Origin: the human T2T-CHM13v2.0 reference genome, Homo sapiens
Length of the DNA: 64,000 nucleotides
Direction: 5' to 3' (one strand)
Assembly: GCF_009914755.1 (NCBI RefSeq)
Contig: NC_060936.1
Under the pieces are notes generated by a model. That model saw only the letters and a program-made list of their open reading frames with translations, was not told where the DNA came from and did not search any database. This document shows positions 27,222-41,761 of this stretch, in pieces. How positions within the stretch are numbered: the first letter of the stretch is position 1; each line of letters starts with the position of its first letter. The translations under genes were made by a program, and so were the position numbers.

Positions 27222-27613
27222 TAACAATTTATCAAATGTCTTTCAAGTCAATTATTTATGCAGTTATTTATAATTTCTCCTAGTATTTTTATGGTTTCAT
27301 TTTTACATTTAGATTTTTGATCCATTTATAAAGTATTTACCTAGAAAGAGGAGTACGGGCCAATTCTGTAAGAAGAGTGATGCAGATGTGAAAGTAAAGC
27401 AGCTTTATTTTTTTTTTCTGCCACATGGTTAGTTTTTGAACAATATTTGTTAAATATTTTATTTTTACTCTTTATCTGATATAAAGCTCTTAAACTAAAT
27501 TTCAGTTTTTAAACTATTTTGTTACATTAAATCAGGCTTTCACTTCCAGTACTGTATCATTTTAATTACTGTAATTTTTATTATATTAGAGCAAGCATAC
27601 TCACAGCACTGTA

Positions 27614-27908
27614 TTTTTTTCTTTTGAGATGGAGTTTCGCTCTGTTGCCCAGGCTGGAGTGCATTGGCGTGATCTTGGCTCACTGCAACCTCCACCTCCT
27701 GGGTTCAAGTGATTCTTTTGCCTCAGCCTCCCCATGTAGCTGGGACTACAGGCACCCACCACCATGCCTAGCTAATTTTTGTATTTTTGGTAGAGACGGG
27801 GTTTCACAATCATGGCCAGGCTGGTCTTGAACTCCTGACCTCAGGTGATCCGCCCGCCTCGGCCTCCTAAAGTGCTGGGATTACAGGCGTGAGCCACCGT
27901 GCCCAGCC
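27614..27908 (-). mobile_element. AluS
   Basis: Full dimer. Confidence 0.92.
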
Positions 27909-27999
27909 ACACTTCCATTTTTATAGAATTTTCCTTACTGTTCTCTTTGCATATACTTCCTGATTAAATTTAAGATAATTTTGCCAGGTTTTTAAAAAT

Positions 28000-28082
28000 C
28001 TTGGGAGTTTGATTAGAATTACCTTGCATATGTAGAATACTTGGGAGTTTGATTAGAATTACCTTGTATATGTAGAATACTT
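28000..28082. repeat. 40-bp tandem duplication
   Basis: TTGGGAGTTTGATTAGAATTACCTTG(C/T)ATATGTAGAATAC twice, one mismatch. Confidence 0.95.
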
Positions 28083-28291
28083 TAAAAACATTTAGTATAT
28101 TTAAAATATTCATTCTTCCCATCCAAGAACAATATGTTTTCCCATTTTATTCAATTTTTTATTTGTTTTTTGTTATTATATATTCATTTATGATGAATTT
28201 GATATATTTTAAACGTTCAACTTTGGACATTTCTTCCCTTTTCTTCTCTAATTTTTGTTTATATACAAGCAGCTAGTGATTTTTTACGTAA

Positions 28292-28601
<310 letters not shown>

Positions 28602-29550
28602 TTTTAACGTAATTTTTATCAGTGGACACCTTACTGAATTATAGTACATTTCAGTTTTTTTAAAAAGCTGCTTCTGTTTTCCATGTATGCAATTATATAA
28701 TCCGACAGTAATTTTTGTGGCTTTTTAGTATCTATATCTGTTCTTTAATTTTATTTTTCTAATTAATTCCAAGGCTAGGACTTCAGAACAATGTTAAGTA
28801 GTAGTGTGATTGTAGGCATTATTCCTACCACTGACGTTACAAGCAGTGCTCCTAGCTTTTCACCAGTTCTAGTGAATTTGTTTAACTAAATTGGAAATGG
28901 AAATTAAATGTCATTTTAAACTTTTCAAAATACATATAGATTCTTATATAGTTTTTCTCATTTGAGTTAAATTAAATTAGTAAGTTTCCTGGTATTTGAT
29001 AAACCATGTATTCCTGGAATGAACTATTTCATTGTTATCACATACTGTTTATATAGCTTTGCATTCTACTAGCTGCAATTTTAGATTTTGACATCAATTT
29101 TCATGTCTTGCCTGGATCTTTACAAGAGCAACTTACATTGCTCCTTTAAAAAATGTACTGTTGCTCCCCTCCAGTTTATTTACATTTTCCAACTTCTTCA
29201 GTTAGATGCTTAATTTACATGTTTGTGTTCTTTTAATGGCTGCCTATAGAAGCACCTTTATAAATTCAGAGTATTGTAATTCTTTTTCCGGTTGATTAGA
29301 ACCAATTGTCCTCTAGATATATGTACAGTGTGTCAGTGAATAGGATTTATGTGCACAAAACACATCATCACTACATAAAACATTCCGAGTATCACATAAC
29401 TGTGTAGCCATGACCCATCCTTCTCTTCCTGGTGTTTTGGTGCGGCCACCAAAATCTGATAGGTATGCCAGTTATTGGAGTAGGTGCAGTTATAGCAAGG
29501 CATGATACTGACTTACTTCATTGTATTTCCTTCTGCTTAATCTTCTCTAG

Positions 29551-29730
29551 ACATGCTGTGCAACTTAACGTCACTGCCACCCGGCAGCTCTTGCTTATGG
29601 CTAGTCAGATGCCAAAGCTGGAAGCCTTTATACATATCTCTACTGCCTATTCAAATTGTAACCTGAAGCACATCGATGAAGTTATCTATCCGTGCCCTGT
29701 GGAGCCAAAAAAAATCATTGATTCCCTTGA
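29551..29730 (+). CDS. FAR2: FAR2 coding exon 3 ([14 protein letters not shown]...HISTAYSNC...KKIIDSL)
   Basis: tcttctctag|A acceptor, GA|gtaagt donor, 180 nt, phase 2-2. Confidence 0.97.
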
Positions 29731-30293
29731 GTAAGTTGGTCTAATAAAAGGATCAAGGGGCGGGTAGAATAAGTTCCTTTGTTCTCTTTGATTCTTTGTA
29801 GCTATTAATGAGATGATGAAGTCAAACACTTTTGAAGCAAAATGTTTTGAAACGGTGCTAGCCTTAGCTACCTTGTCCCTGCTAGTTCTGGTGGGGAATA
29901 TACTGCTAAAAGAGAAGGGGGATAGAAAATTCTTAAACATTTTGTGGAATTGCGTAGGATTGCATGAGGTACTTGGGAATACTATACATAGAAGTTGTTT
30001 CTCACTTCTTAATGAACTTAGCATTGTCACTGGATAAAGCAAGTATAATGTATAGTATAAAAGTTCAGAAGAAAAATGTCTGATTCAGACTGACGTGAGT
30101 TTGGCATAGCTCCACCAGTAACTACCTGTGTGACTGAGCAAATTCCTTGCCCTCTCTGAGCCCCAAGTCCTTCATTTGTAAAATGGGCCCATTTTATAGT
30201 TGTGAGGTTGAAAAAAGTTATATAAAACACTTATTGCAGTGCTAGGGAGTGTTTAACAGCACTTAATCAAATAATTCATAAAAAAGAACTAGA

Positions 30294-30586
<293 letters not shown>

Positions 30587-31445
30587 GAACTAATGAAGAA
30601 TAAGAATTGCTCCAAGATCTGGCAGAAGGTGACAGTCTCTTGACTTATTTGGCTGAGACACACTTTCTTTACTGTCCTAGGATGCAAGAGAAATAATGTC
30701 TAGGATTTTTCTCTTCTTGCCAATGAGCAGAAACCACTTTCATCTTAAAACACAGCTCAGGTCTTAGAATAAGTTTGTTTTCTGCTTCTTTATTCTTCTG
30801 CTCCATTTTACTAAGTTTACCTTGTTTTTTTTTTTTGTAAAAAACTATATAAAAAGTATTATAGCAGAAAAATGGACTATTTCACAATGAATTTGTCACA
30901 TTATAATTTTATATAATACTGTATTTATATTTAATATATACTCTTTAAAAAGTTTTAGCTAAATCAAGAGTTCATTACCTTCAGGGCAAACATTTTTATC
31001 TCCTCCAGCTCTGAGAATAGATATTTTTGTCTGTCATGTAAAAATATCCAGGACAAAGAAGAATGAAAGTCATCTAAAGGATCTGGAGGTTAAAGTTGCT
31101 AATAAATGGAGGTTTGCTAAATTGGTACAGAGAAAAATTTTAGAGTGCAGAGTTCATCAGGATAGTGGGAGAAAAAGCAGGTGTATTCTGAGGCCCAAAG
31201 TCTAGACAATAAAGTATGTTTAAAGCCTCAGAGCATTTTCAGGATGGAATTGGTTTCTGTCAGTTACCCTCTTATGGTGTTGTCTCTTGGTAAATGTGAT
31301 GTTTTCATATTTGATATGTCCAGGAGAGGGGCAGACCCCTTTTGATTCCAGATTGTTTCCTGGGACTTTCTCCACTGCTGATCTCTCTAACACCTGACAG
31401 GTCATAGTGCAATTTGAGGTAGCAAAAGAGCCTGAGAGTTCATCA

Positions 31446-31796
<351 letters not shown>

Positions 31797-33159
31797 TCAC
31801 CCATAGTGAAGGGCTTCTCTAGGTACTCCATACCACTTCCTCCCAAACTATATCCAGACACTAAATACCCCTAGGTTTCAAAGAAGAATAAACTCACCTC
31901 CCAGAGGAAGAGCTGATTTATCTTCAGGCATTCAGCACTTTCCATCCTCCCTCAAGTATATGTCAACCAGACAAGGCAGGTAATTGCTACATGATTTATG
32001 AACAAACTGTAACTGACATTTGTACAAAATTTTTAACCTCCATCTGTCATTTACTGCTCTCCAAGGATAACAATTATTTAAGCAACTAATTAGAACTAGG
32101 AATGAAATTATTTTATCTCAACAGATAAATTCTGGGTGCAATTAAGGAACTAAGTTTTTTTAAAAAACAGGGAAAAGTCATACTTATTATTTGCTAATTC
32201 AGAATTAATTAGGACATCCAGGACCACCTATCCAGCCTCATCTCTCTCAGTCCTCCCCTTACTTTCATGCTGCAGTCACAAAGAAGTAAGGCCTTCCCTC
32301 CTCATACTCTGCCTGCCTTTGCACTCGAAACTCTGTTTGTCCCTAGAGCTTAGTTCCCCTTCTGCTTCACCTGGTTAATTCTTACTCAGATATCAAGGCT
32401 CCCCAGCGAAGCTCTCTGGCTTAGGCACCCTTCCCAAGTGCTCCCATAGTACCCAGTGTTCAGCTGTATTATTGCTTGTAACACAGGTCATTCTGAATGT
32501 CTGGTTGCTTATCTACATTCTACATTAGACAATGAGCTTCTCAACAGAAGAGAATATTTCTTGCTCCTCTTTGCATCTCCAGCTAGGGACTCAATGCTCA
32601 CTGAATGAATGAAAAGCTTTTGGTGGCATAGACGATTATTGTTCATACTGTTTTGACTGTTTTTGTTTGTTTGTTTTGACTGAAGCAAGAATAGATGACA
32701 GAATTCTGTAACAAGCTGATATTTTGGGATGCAGAAGTCTTATGTATAAAATATCTATCCATATCCCCACATCTTACCCTTGTTTCTGGTTGTTCATTTT
32801 TTTCTTCTTAAACTTTGAATGAAACCTGTATGTTAACTTTTGAATAGCACTTTAAATAAAACCCAGCAACCCCTCACCAACTATACCATGATCTACGACT
32901 ATTTCAACGACTCCTATACCAGATGGAATTTTTGGAAGTTTTAGAATAACAACATTAAAAATCATTCTGAATAAATATCAATTCACCTAAATCCAGGTTT
33001 AGTTTCTTTGTTTTAGGAAAATACTTTGTTTCTTTGAGTAATTCTCTATTTAGTAATTGGTCTGTGTTAAAATGGAATTATTTTCCAAGGTTTTTAGGTT
33101 TCTATTTCCCCTGGGAGTTTTCCTTTCTTTCAGTGCAACAGAGAAATGCCTGGGGGAAA

Positions 33160-33160
33160 G

Positions 33161-33192
<32 letters not shown>
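33160..33192. repeat. (GTT)11 microsatellite
   Basis: Seen directly. Confidence 0.9.
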
Positions 33193-34484
33193 AACAGTAA
33201 CTTCAAGGGGTCTAGTGGCTGCCATTGCTCTTAGTAATTCAGCAGTTCTTATTTATTTATTTATAAGGAACCAGGCGTTAGACAACAAGATGATCTTGAA
33301 GCTGTACTCTTGGCATTATATTCTCAAGAAAATCACCATGACGACGTAAAATGAAACTTTATTTTTCCAGAAAATCAGTTGAATGGGAATTCCAGTTCTG
33401 GGAAATAAAGAAGGATATGCATTTTTGGCCCGGACCTTTCCTGTTTGCTTGGGCAGCAGTGGTACTGCTCAGTGTTGTTAATAATGGGACTGTGAACTTG
33501 AACCCCATGCTTACATCCTGGTCCCAACCTTTGCAGGCCTAAAGTCTCTGCTCATTCAGCTCCCCCCATTTTCTATCCATCCTGTATGCTGAGACTGTCA
33601 GGCCTGAGCTCCCTTTCTTTAGCCCCTATCTAAAAACTTTTAGCATTACCTTGGCCCTGAAATATTCCAGAAAGATGAAGTTAGTACAAAAACTTTAGCA
33701 CATTAGCAGAAATATATTTTAAAAATAACTTAAATCAGGAGTTAATGCTTTTAATGAGTATGACAAGCCTGGCCGTTAATCAGTGTTTAGCGACTCATTT
33801 TCCTGGCTCTTATATCTGTAGTTGTCTTCTGCCCCTCATCCCAGCCACCGGTTCCCATTCTGACTCAGCTCTACCTTCATATTGCCAGCTTCTGCCTAGT
33901 TGGTATATTTACCTTTGGAAATTTATGTGCATAAATGGATCAGGGATTGCCAGTGAAATTCCAGTTTTCCAGAATAACAGCTTATGTAGAATGTTTATTT
34001 TTTAAAATGCACATAACTGACCAAGAAAGGCAGGGTTTTATGGTTGGTGCTTTCCTTATTTTTTAGGTCAAGGTAACTCCTCTTAGGGAAAGCAGTGTAG
34101 AAGAAAAGGGCTTTTGTGCCTGTATAAAAACCTGAAATAACTGGAAGCAGGTACTAGAAAAATGGAATCACAAATATTTATTGCTCTATTGAGCATATGT
34201 AAATAAATCTGAATTAAGAAGGGAAGGGAGGACATGAATCATTATTGAGCAATTACTGTGAGGAAGACACTTCCACAGACATTTAATTCCATAACGTAAT
34301 ATTGTAAGGTTGATATTATTATCACTGCTATACTAATCACGGAGCAAAAAGCTCAGAATGGCTAAGTAACTCCTTGAAAGTCTCTCAGACACAATTTTTA
34401 TCCATGGCCACTTGATTCTGAAGCCCATGGTCTTTCCAGTCTACTCACGTACTTGGCAGTGGTAGAGATTAAAAGGTGCTTTCT

Positions 34485-34791
34485 CGCTGCGTGCAGTGGC
34501 TCAAGCCTGTAATCCCAGCACTTTGGGAGGCTGGGTTGGGCGGATTACGAGGTCAGATCGAGACCATCCTGGCTAACGCGGTGAAACCCCGTCTCTACTA
34601 AAAATACAAAAAATTAGCCGGGCGTGGTGGTGGGCGCCTGTACTCCCAGCTACTCGGGAGGCTGAGGCAGGAGAATGGCGTGAACCCGGGAGGCAGAGCT
34701 TGAAGTGAGCCGAGAGATTGTGCCACTGCCCTCCAGCCTGGGCGACAGAGCGAGACTCCATCTCAAAGGAAAAAAAAAAAAAAAAAAAAAA
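34485..34791 (+). mobile_element. AluY
   Basis: GAATGGCGTGAACCCGGG diagnostic; TSD AAAAGGTGCTTTCT. Confidence 0.93.
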
Positions 34792-37632
34792 AAAAGGTGC
34801 TTTCTTAAGATATAGACTATGTTCCAAAGAGCTCGTATCCAAGACAAATAGAACACGGCAGAATTATACACGTGTGGTGGTGGGGAAACAGGTCATATTA
34901 AGTCTGGTGGAGTGGAGGGAGGCATATGAGAAGACTTGGAAGAGTGGATAGAGTGTGGATAGGTGAGATGTGCACACGTGCCTGGCAGGGCAGCTGGAGC
35001 TGGGAAACCCAGGCGTGTTTGGGACACAGCCAGTAGTCCATCTTGGCAGCGCATGTGTTACGTGTAGGGAAGAAGTTAGAGATCAAGCTGGAGGGGAGGA
35101 TGGGCCATACTGTGGAGATTTTGCATACCATGCAGAGGAATTGTATTTAATTCTCTATGCAGTAGAGATCCATTGAAGGAGGGCCATGTGTGCGCATGCA
35201 TTTTTGTGTGTAATTTGGGGTTGTTTGCTCATTTGTTTTCATCATGGAAAAATACTGATGAAAGTGGGCTTCAGGAATATTAATATAGCCAGGGGCCGGG
35301 GGAGGCAGTGGATTAGCATAGGGAGTAGACGGAGGAAGCGAGACCCATTACCAGAGAGGAGTAGTATGGAAGACTAGAATGAGGGTGAGGCAACAGGTAT
35401 AAAAAACATCTCCATGTTTTGGGAAAGAAAAAAACAATAGGACATGGCTACTGCTTTGCATATGGGGTTGCACCTATCAAATTAACTCCAGATTAGAACA
35501 TGCATACTTGTCATGTTTTGCATTTCTAGTACCAGGGATTTAATTCTTTTAAAATTCAATTCTGTTGAAATTTTACTCCATGAAGCAATGCGTTTTTGAG
35601 AGCTAATCCTGATATATTCAAATCTCAATGACTTAAGTTTATGGAGTGGACTTCTTTTAAATTAGTGATTCCCTGATTTGCCCGACTGTTGGAATTTCCA
35701 GGGCATGTTGAAAATACAGATTATCAGACTCTTAACTCTGCAGATGTATTTAGTGATTCTAAAATGGTACCCAGGAATCTGGATTTTTCCCAGGGGCCCT
35801 GTGTAATTCATATTTATGAGCAGGCAAGTTTGGGAAAGACTACCTTAAGGAGGTTTTTCACTGAGCAGTCTTCATTTGAAATGAGGATCATTTATCTTCT
35901 TTATCTCTATGCTCCCTCTTTCTCCTGCTCTCCTTGCCTCCTGTTGTCTTTCAGTTCTTAGAAGCTTTAATGGAAAGTTCCTAGTAGATCTGTACCTACT
36001 AAAAACCATGCTTCTGAGGCTACACAGTCACCAGAAGACACAGCTAAGCTGCCATGTGAAAAAGGAAAGGTGGCGTGTGCACTGAGGGTGCAGGTGTGAG
36101 AGGCAGGGGAATGGAGGCCCCCACAGCCAGCAGCAGTGGCCCTTATCACAGTCCTCTGGGAGATATGAAAGGAGGTCAGATGTTAGAAAGTAGTCTTTTT
36201 TGCCTTCGTGCTATAGAACACATTGTTAACACTAAAAAAGCTGACCTCTTCTAGGGGAACGGTGAAAGCTGATTCTAGCACTTGTGCTTTTAATTTCAGG
36301 ATGGCACAGCTTCAAAATGACATCTATGTAGCTAAGTAAAAATGAGAATTCTGTGTACTTTGATATTAGCAGGCTTTAAATTACAAACCAGAATAAGATT
36401 AAATTGTTTCTTAACCAAACTGAGTAATTTTCAAATGGCAGGCCATTGGCAGGGTATTCAGCATCTGGCTCATGTTTGAGCCTGGCTAGGTGCTCCGTAA
36501 AAGTCTTGAGGGAAATACAGAGGCCAATTCTCCATAAGCATTAGGCTCAGAAATACCCTGCTTCCCACTGGAAAGTTTAAGTTGACCTTGAAGCCACCTT
36601 CACCAAAACGAGGTTGGTCAACACTTTTCACCATTGCCACTGGACACTTTACTTCCAATTTTGCTTCCTGCTCTAAAAGATAACCCCTTCCTTCCTTTCC
36701 CACATTCTCCCTACAACCTCGTCTTCTTTTGAGTTCATCCACTTTCTCTCATCATTGTCCATCTCTGCTTCCCAAAACCTTACATAGTATAGAAATTGGC
36801 CAATCAAGATTATCATGTGGAAGAACATGCATTTACTGAATAAGGCAGCTGGCTCCTGGGGGCAGAAAGGTGATTAGACACAGTGATAAAAATCATAATC
36901 CCTGATCTTCTGGACTCACTGTCTGTCCAGTGGGGAGACAGACACATAAGCAAATACAACTTGATAACTACAACAATCAAGAGAATGACATAATCTACCC
37001 TGGAGAAAGAGAGAGCAAACATTATCATAAGACAGTGTGTCCACTACTTACTCTCTAACAGATTTCCTGATAAACTACTAGGCTTGCCCACTTGTTGCAT
37101 AAGAAAATTGAGGGTATCAGGGGAGGGGAAATACATATGCCTCTTGGTAATTCATTCAGTAAATACATAAATAAACCATTAATGATATAATCATGTTGAT
37201 TCAATAAGTTTGAAACCAAAATTGATAATATTTAGAAGAAATTGTGTATGTGTGTATATGTGAACACACATAGACATATACATACTGCTTTCTGAAATTT
37301 TCAATGACTTTATGCTTCTTCTGAAGCAATTCAAGTTTAGAATTTGAGACCCATGGGTTCAAAACATCTTCTTGAGTATACTGGAGGACATTTAGATTAA
37401 TTTCAGACATGTATTTTGGTTTATATGTGTTTTTTATCTATGCTAACTTATTTACTGTTTTAAAAACAAATTGAGAACAAACAGCAGCAGCAACCCTGAA
37501 TTGAGTGTTTAAGTCCTAAGAATGGCTTGGCCCAACCAGTGGATGTGCATGTTTATTACACTAATCTCCTCTGAACCTAGGAAGTGGCTGGATGAGCTTC
37601 AGATGGTCTGTTTGGCTGTATTATAAGTGATA

Positions 37633-37970
<338 letters not shown>

Positions 37971-38100
37971 AGAAATGACACTTTAAAACTAACTATTACC
38001 TACAAAGATGCATGCTCACTGGTTGTTTTATTAAAAAATAACAATGCCTTAGGTTTATTGGCTCATTTTGTTTTATCAAAGAGCTTAAATGCAGTTGTGA

Positions 38101-38253
38101 ATATTCCTGTTTACCCTTATGATAATTTAGAATGAGTATAATTATTGCCATTTTCACAAGTACAATTGGAACTAGGTAATTTATATTCCTGTTTACTCTT
38201 ATGAGAATTTAGAATCAGTATAATTATTGCCATTTTCACAAGTACAATTGGAA
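38101..38253. repeat. 71-bp direct duplication with 11-bp spacer
   Basis: ATATTCCTGTTTAC...GTACAATTGGAA at 38101-38171 and 38183-38253, about 3 mismatches. Confidence 0.92.
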
Positions 38254-40190
38254 TGAAAAGATAAAACAGTGGAATACAGGTGTAGCTGAGAGTAGCAGAG
38301 GCAAGTCATCTATAGAATATTAAAATTTCTTGCATGCGTGCTGTCAGAAATCTACGAAACCAAAATTTTCTAAGACAAGCAAACTCACCAAGCTTTATAA
38401 GGCCCCTATCCCCCCAAATATTATCCTTTCCATGTACCCCAACATTAATGACAGCAACTGGTACTAGCCATGTGACATACAATCCCTGCACATTATTGGG
38501 CTCTGATGTTTCCTAGGTTTTTTTTTTTTTACAGCTTTATTGAAATTAAGCTTTATTCCCTCAAGACCTGGTTTTCATAAACTATATATTTTTGCAGGTG
38601 AGAGAAAATGGTCTCAGGTCAGTCAATCCACTGTTGACCCACCAAATGAAATGAGATAGTGGTAGGACTGTTAAGATGGAGAGGTGTCTGCATCATCCTA
38701 TATTCTTTCCCAGCCCCCAGGTGACCATATAATTAAAATATCCTAGATATTTCTATGTAGTTGAAGTTGTTTTTAATTCTAGAACCCCTCAATCTTTCTC
38801 TATTCAATTCAAATAAAAAGACATTTGAGTATCCAGAACACACTCAGCACTAATAGAAGCAAAGCAAGAAAAGTGGAAACATTATAGTCGATGCCCATGT
38901 TCTACCTCAGGATCAAATGAGGCATTAAAATTGAAAGTTGTGATTCTGAATAAGTCTTAACATCATGCACATCTTAGCTGCTCAAAAATTTGTCATGTCA
39001 GCAAAGTGGTAACAGTGAAGATTTTCTACAATCAAAATAGTATAGTTCTGTTCTGTTCTATAAAATAGAAATAAATATACCACATTGATTAGAAAAATCA
39101 CACTAGCATATTTCGGCAGCTTAATTTTTAAAAAGCTATGTTATATCAATGATTTAACCACATAGATCTGTCAGCTAGAAGAATGTTAAATATATAATTG
39201 ACAATACTTTTGTTGCTTTCTTAGAGAGGTGTAGATAGACTTTGGGGTTATCAAGTGGTTCTGACATATTTTTAAGAAAGATTAGGCTGATGCTATGGTA
39301 ACTTGGTTATTCATGATACATTATCTTGTAAGTAGGAGTAGTCAATAATCGTGATTTTGAAGCTATTTCAGAGCACTATAATCACCCCACTTGACAGACT
39401 TCAGAATTCACTGGAAATCTCTGGAGATAATTTTCAAGTTATTAGCATAGACTCTAAACAGACCTTCAAAATGCATTACATAGGTTTGCTAAAACAGACT
39501 GTAAGTGCCAAAAGTAGTCACTTTGATTTGATTTGCATTGAGTGGAATTTTTAAAATTTAAAGCTAAAGGCTTCAGGATTACTGCACTGGATTTTTATCG
39601 GACAACACTGAGTAGGGCTGCCACTGAAGCACCTTGGATGACAGCCTCTAACTCCCTGAACACAGCATGCAGCACACTACTGGGAGAATGACTGGGACTC
39701 AAATATGTGTTCAATGAGTGTACTTATGAGCTTGCTAGAGAGGAAGTAAAGTAATAATAATCTCTAATATAGTACTAAAGTTCTAATTTAGTACTACTAC
39801 AATAAAGTAGTAATCAGTACTGATAAAGTAGCAGTAGTGCTAAAGTAATACTAATAAAGTAGTACTAATAGTCCTATGCTATCATTCGTAATAAAGTAGT
39901 ATTGCTATTGATTCTATCGGTCTATCTACCTACCTGCCTGCCTACCTACCTACCTACCTACCTATCTGTTTGGATGGGAGGGCATAGGATAAGATTGGGC
40001 TTAGCAGTGAAGAGCAAAAAGCTCATGCATGCTTTGAGCAGGTACACACTCAAACTTGGTATCATGTGACTGTTCTGAATTCCAGAACCGAGGCTAAAAG
40101 GTGGAAGTTTTGTTTGATTGTGTCTCACATTTTCCTTTTGGTTTATTGTCTAACATATGTTACTAGAATTCTCTTTACTCTACCTTTTAG

Positions 40191-40368
40191 GTGGTTAGAC
40201 GATGCTATTATTGACGAGATTACACCCAAGCTGATCAGAGATTGGCCCAATATTTATACCTACACCAAGGCCTTGGGAGAAATGGTGGTGCAGCAAGAGA
40301 GCAGGAACCTGAACATTGCCATCATAAGGCCCTCCATTGTGGGAGCAACTTGGCAGGAGCCTTTCCCA
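40191..40368 (+). CDS. FAR2: FAR2 coding exon 4 ([30 protein letters not shown]...[14 protein letters not shown])
   Basis: ccttttag|G acceptor, CCA|gtaagc donor, 178 nt; catalytic YxxxK (YTYTK) and RPSIV motifs. Confidence 0.97.
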
Positions 40369-41206
40369 GTAAGCCCACTTACCTGGATTCTGTGTTTTGC
40401 TTCCAAACTAAGGTTCTTCTAGTCCAATTACTTTCTGATGTCTTTCTTCTTCTCCTCCTCAGGATTTATAGCTAAGTGCAGCCAATCGAATATGAACCCA
40501 TTATACTAGGGCAAAATTCCACTTTGGGTTCAGGATTTACCCAGCATGTGGCTCCTCTGGCAGTTATCTTGACTGCCCTAGAGTTGGACGGAGAGCTTAA
40601 ATTAGCTTCTAACTACTCTAGTCTCAAAATTCACATGGGTGATGGTTTCATATCTTGGCTTTCCTACTATAGTTTAAGCATACCAGAATGTCCTTGATGG
40701 CCAAATTGGTAGTATTACAACTGCCAGGGTAAACAAGAGTTTCAAAGCTCACAGAAGGATCTCAGTTTAGGAATACTAATTTTTTTTAAACCTCAGTATA
40801 CTGTCATGACCTTTTGAAAGTACTTTGAATTATACCATCTTCTTGAAAGCAAGTCTGTGAAGCTTTGGGGTAGATAAATTCCAGCTCCACTACTTACTGG
40901 TAATGCAACATTTTTGAGTTGTCCCTTCCATAAAACAGGACAGATACTATGGAGAGTTGATTTGATGAGACAATGTATGAGGAGTGGTCCCTACTAAAAG
41001 GCTCAACAAATATTAATCCCTTCATCTTCTCCTCTCTTCTCTCTCCTCTCCTGTTATACTCACACATTTGACTTTTATACTGTAACGTAAAGAGACATAA
41101 TAAGGTCAGCTGAATGGCTTAGGTCTTAAGAAACAAACTTAAAAACACATTTCCCTCTAGCTGCTCTTAAATATAATCTCTGTAACATCTTTAAGTAAGT
41201 CAATAT

Positions 41207-41222
41207 ACACACAGACACACAG

Positions 41223-41264
<42 letters not shown>

Positions 41265-41274
41265 GTATATATAT
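41207..41274. repeat. Compound (CA)n(TA)n microsatellite
   Basis: Seen directly. Confidence 0.9.
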
Positions 41275-41716
41275 CTGGCATGGACTCTATAGCTGGTAAA
41301 AAATGTTAAGAAATGGGCCATTAACACAAATCATGTTTTCAATGTTCTCCTAAGGAGGCTGAAATCAGGACTAAGGTGGAGAAGTATGGTTGGTGAATTG
41401 CTTAGCAGATCATGATATAAGGACAAGGTCCAATTTAGTCCATAAGAGGTCATAAAACACCACAAAACCATTCATGATTCCTGCTAAGAAAAACAATCCT
41501 GGCAAAATTCTAATTTTTGCACAGTCAAATAAAGTACAGAAAATGGCCAATGCTTTGCCATTATCTTTTGAGATCTTAATAATACTGAATTAGATAGTTC
41601 TATTGGCTGGGATCTCAGTGCTCTTGTTTGAAATTTATTAAGATTAGACTGCAGATGTTCCAAAGATAAAACAATTTTCTGAAATGTGTAACCAATAGAA
41701 ATCTTCTTTCTTTTAG

Positions 41717-41761
41717 GGTTGGGTTGATAATATAAATGGACCTAATGGAATCATTATTGCG
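41717..41761 (+). CDS. FAR2: FAR2 coding exon 5 (GWVDNINGPNGIIIA)
   Basis: ctttcttttag|GGT acceptor, GCG|gtatgt donor, 45 nt, phase 0-0; completes the conserved PFPGWVDN motif. Confidence 0.95.
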
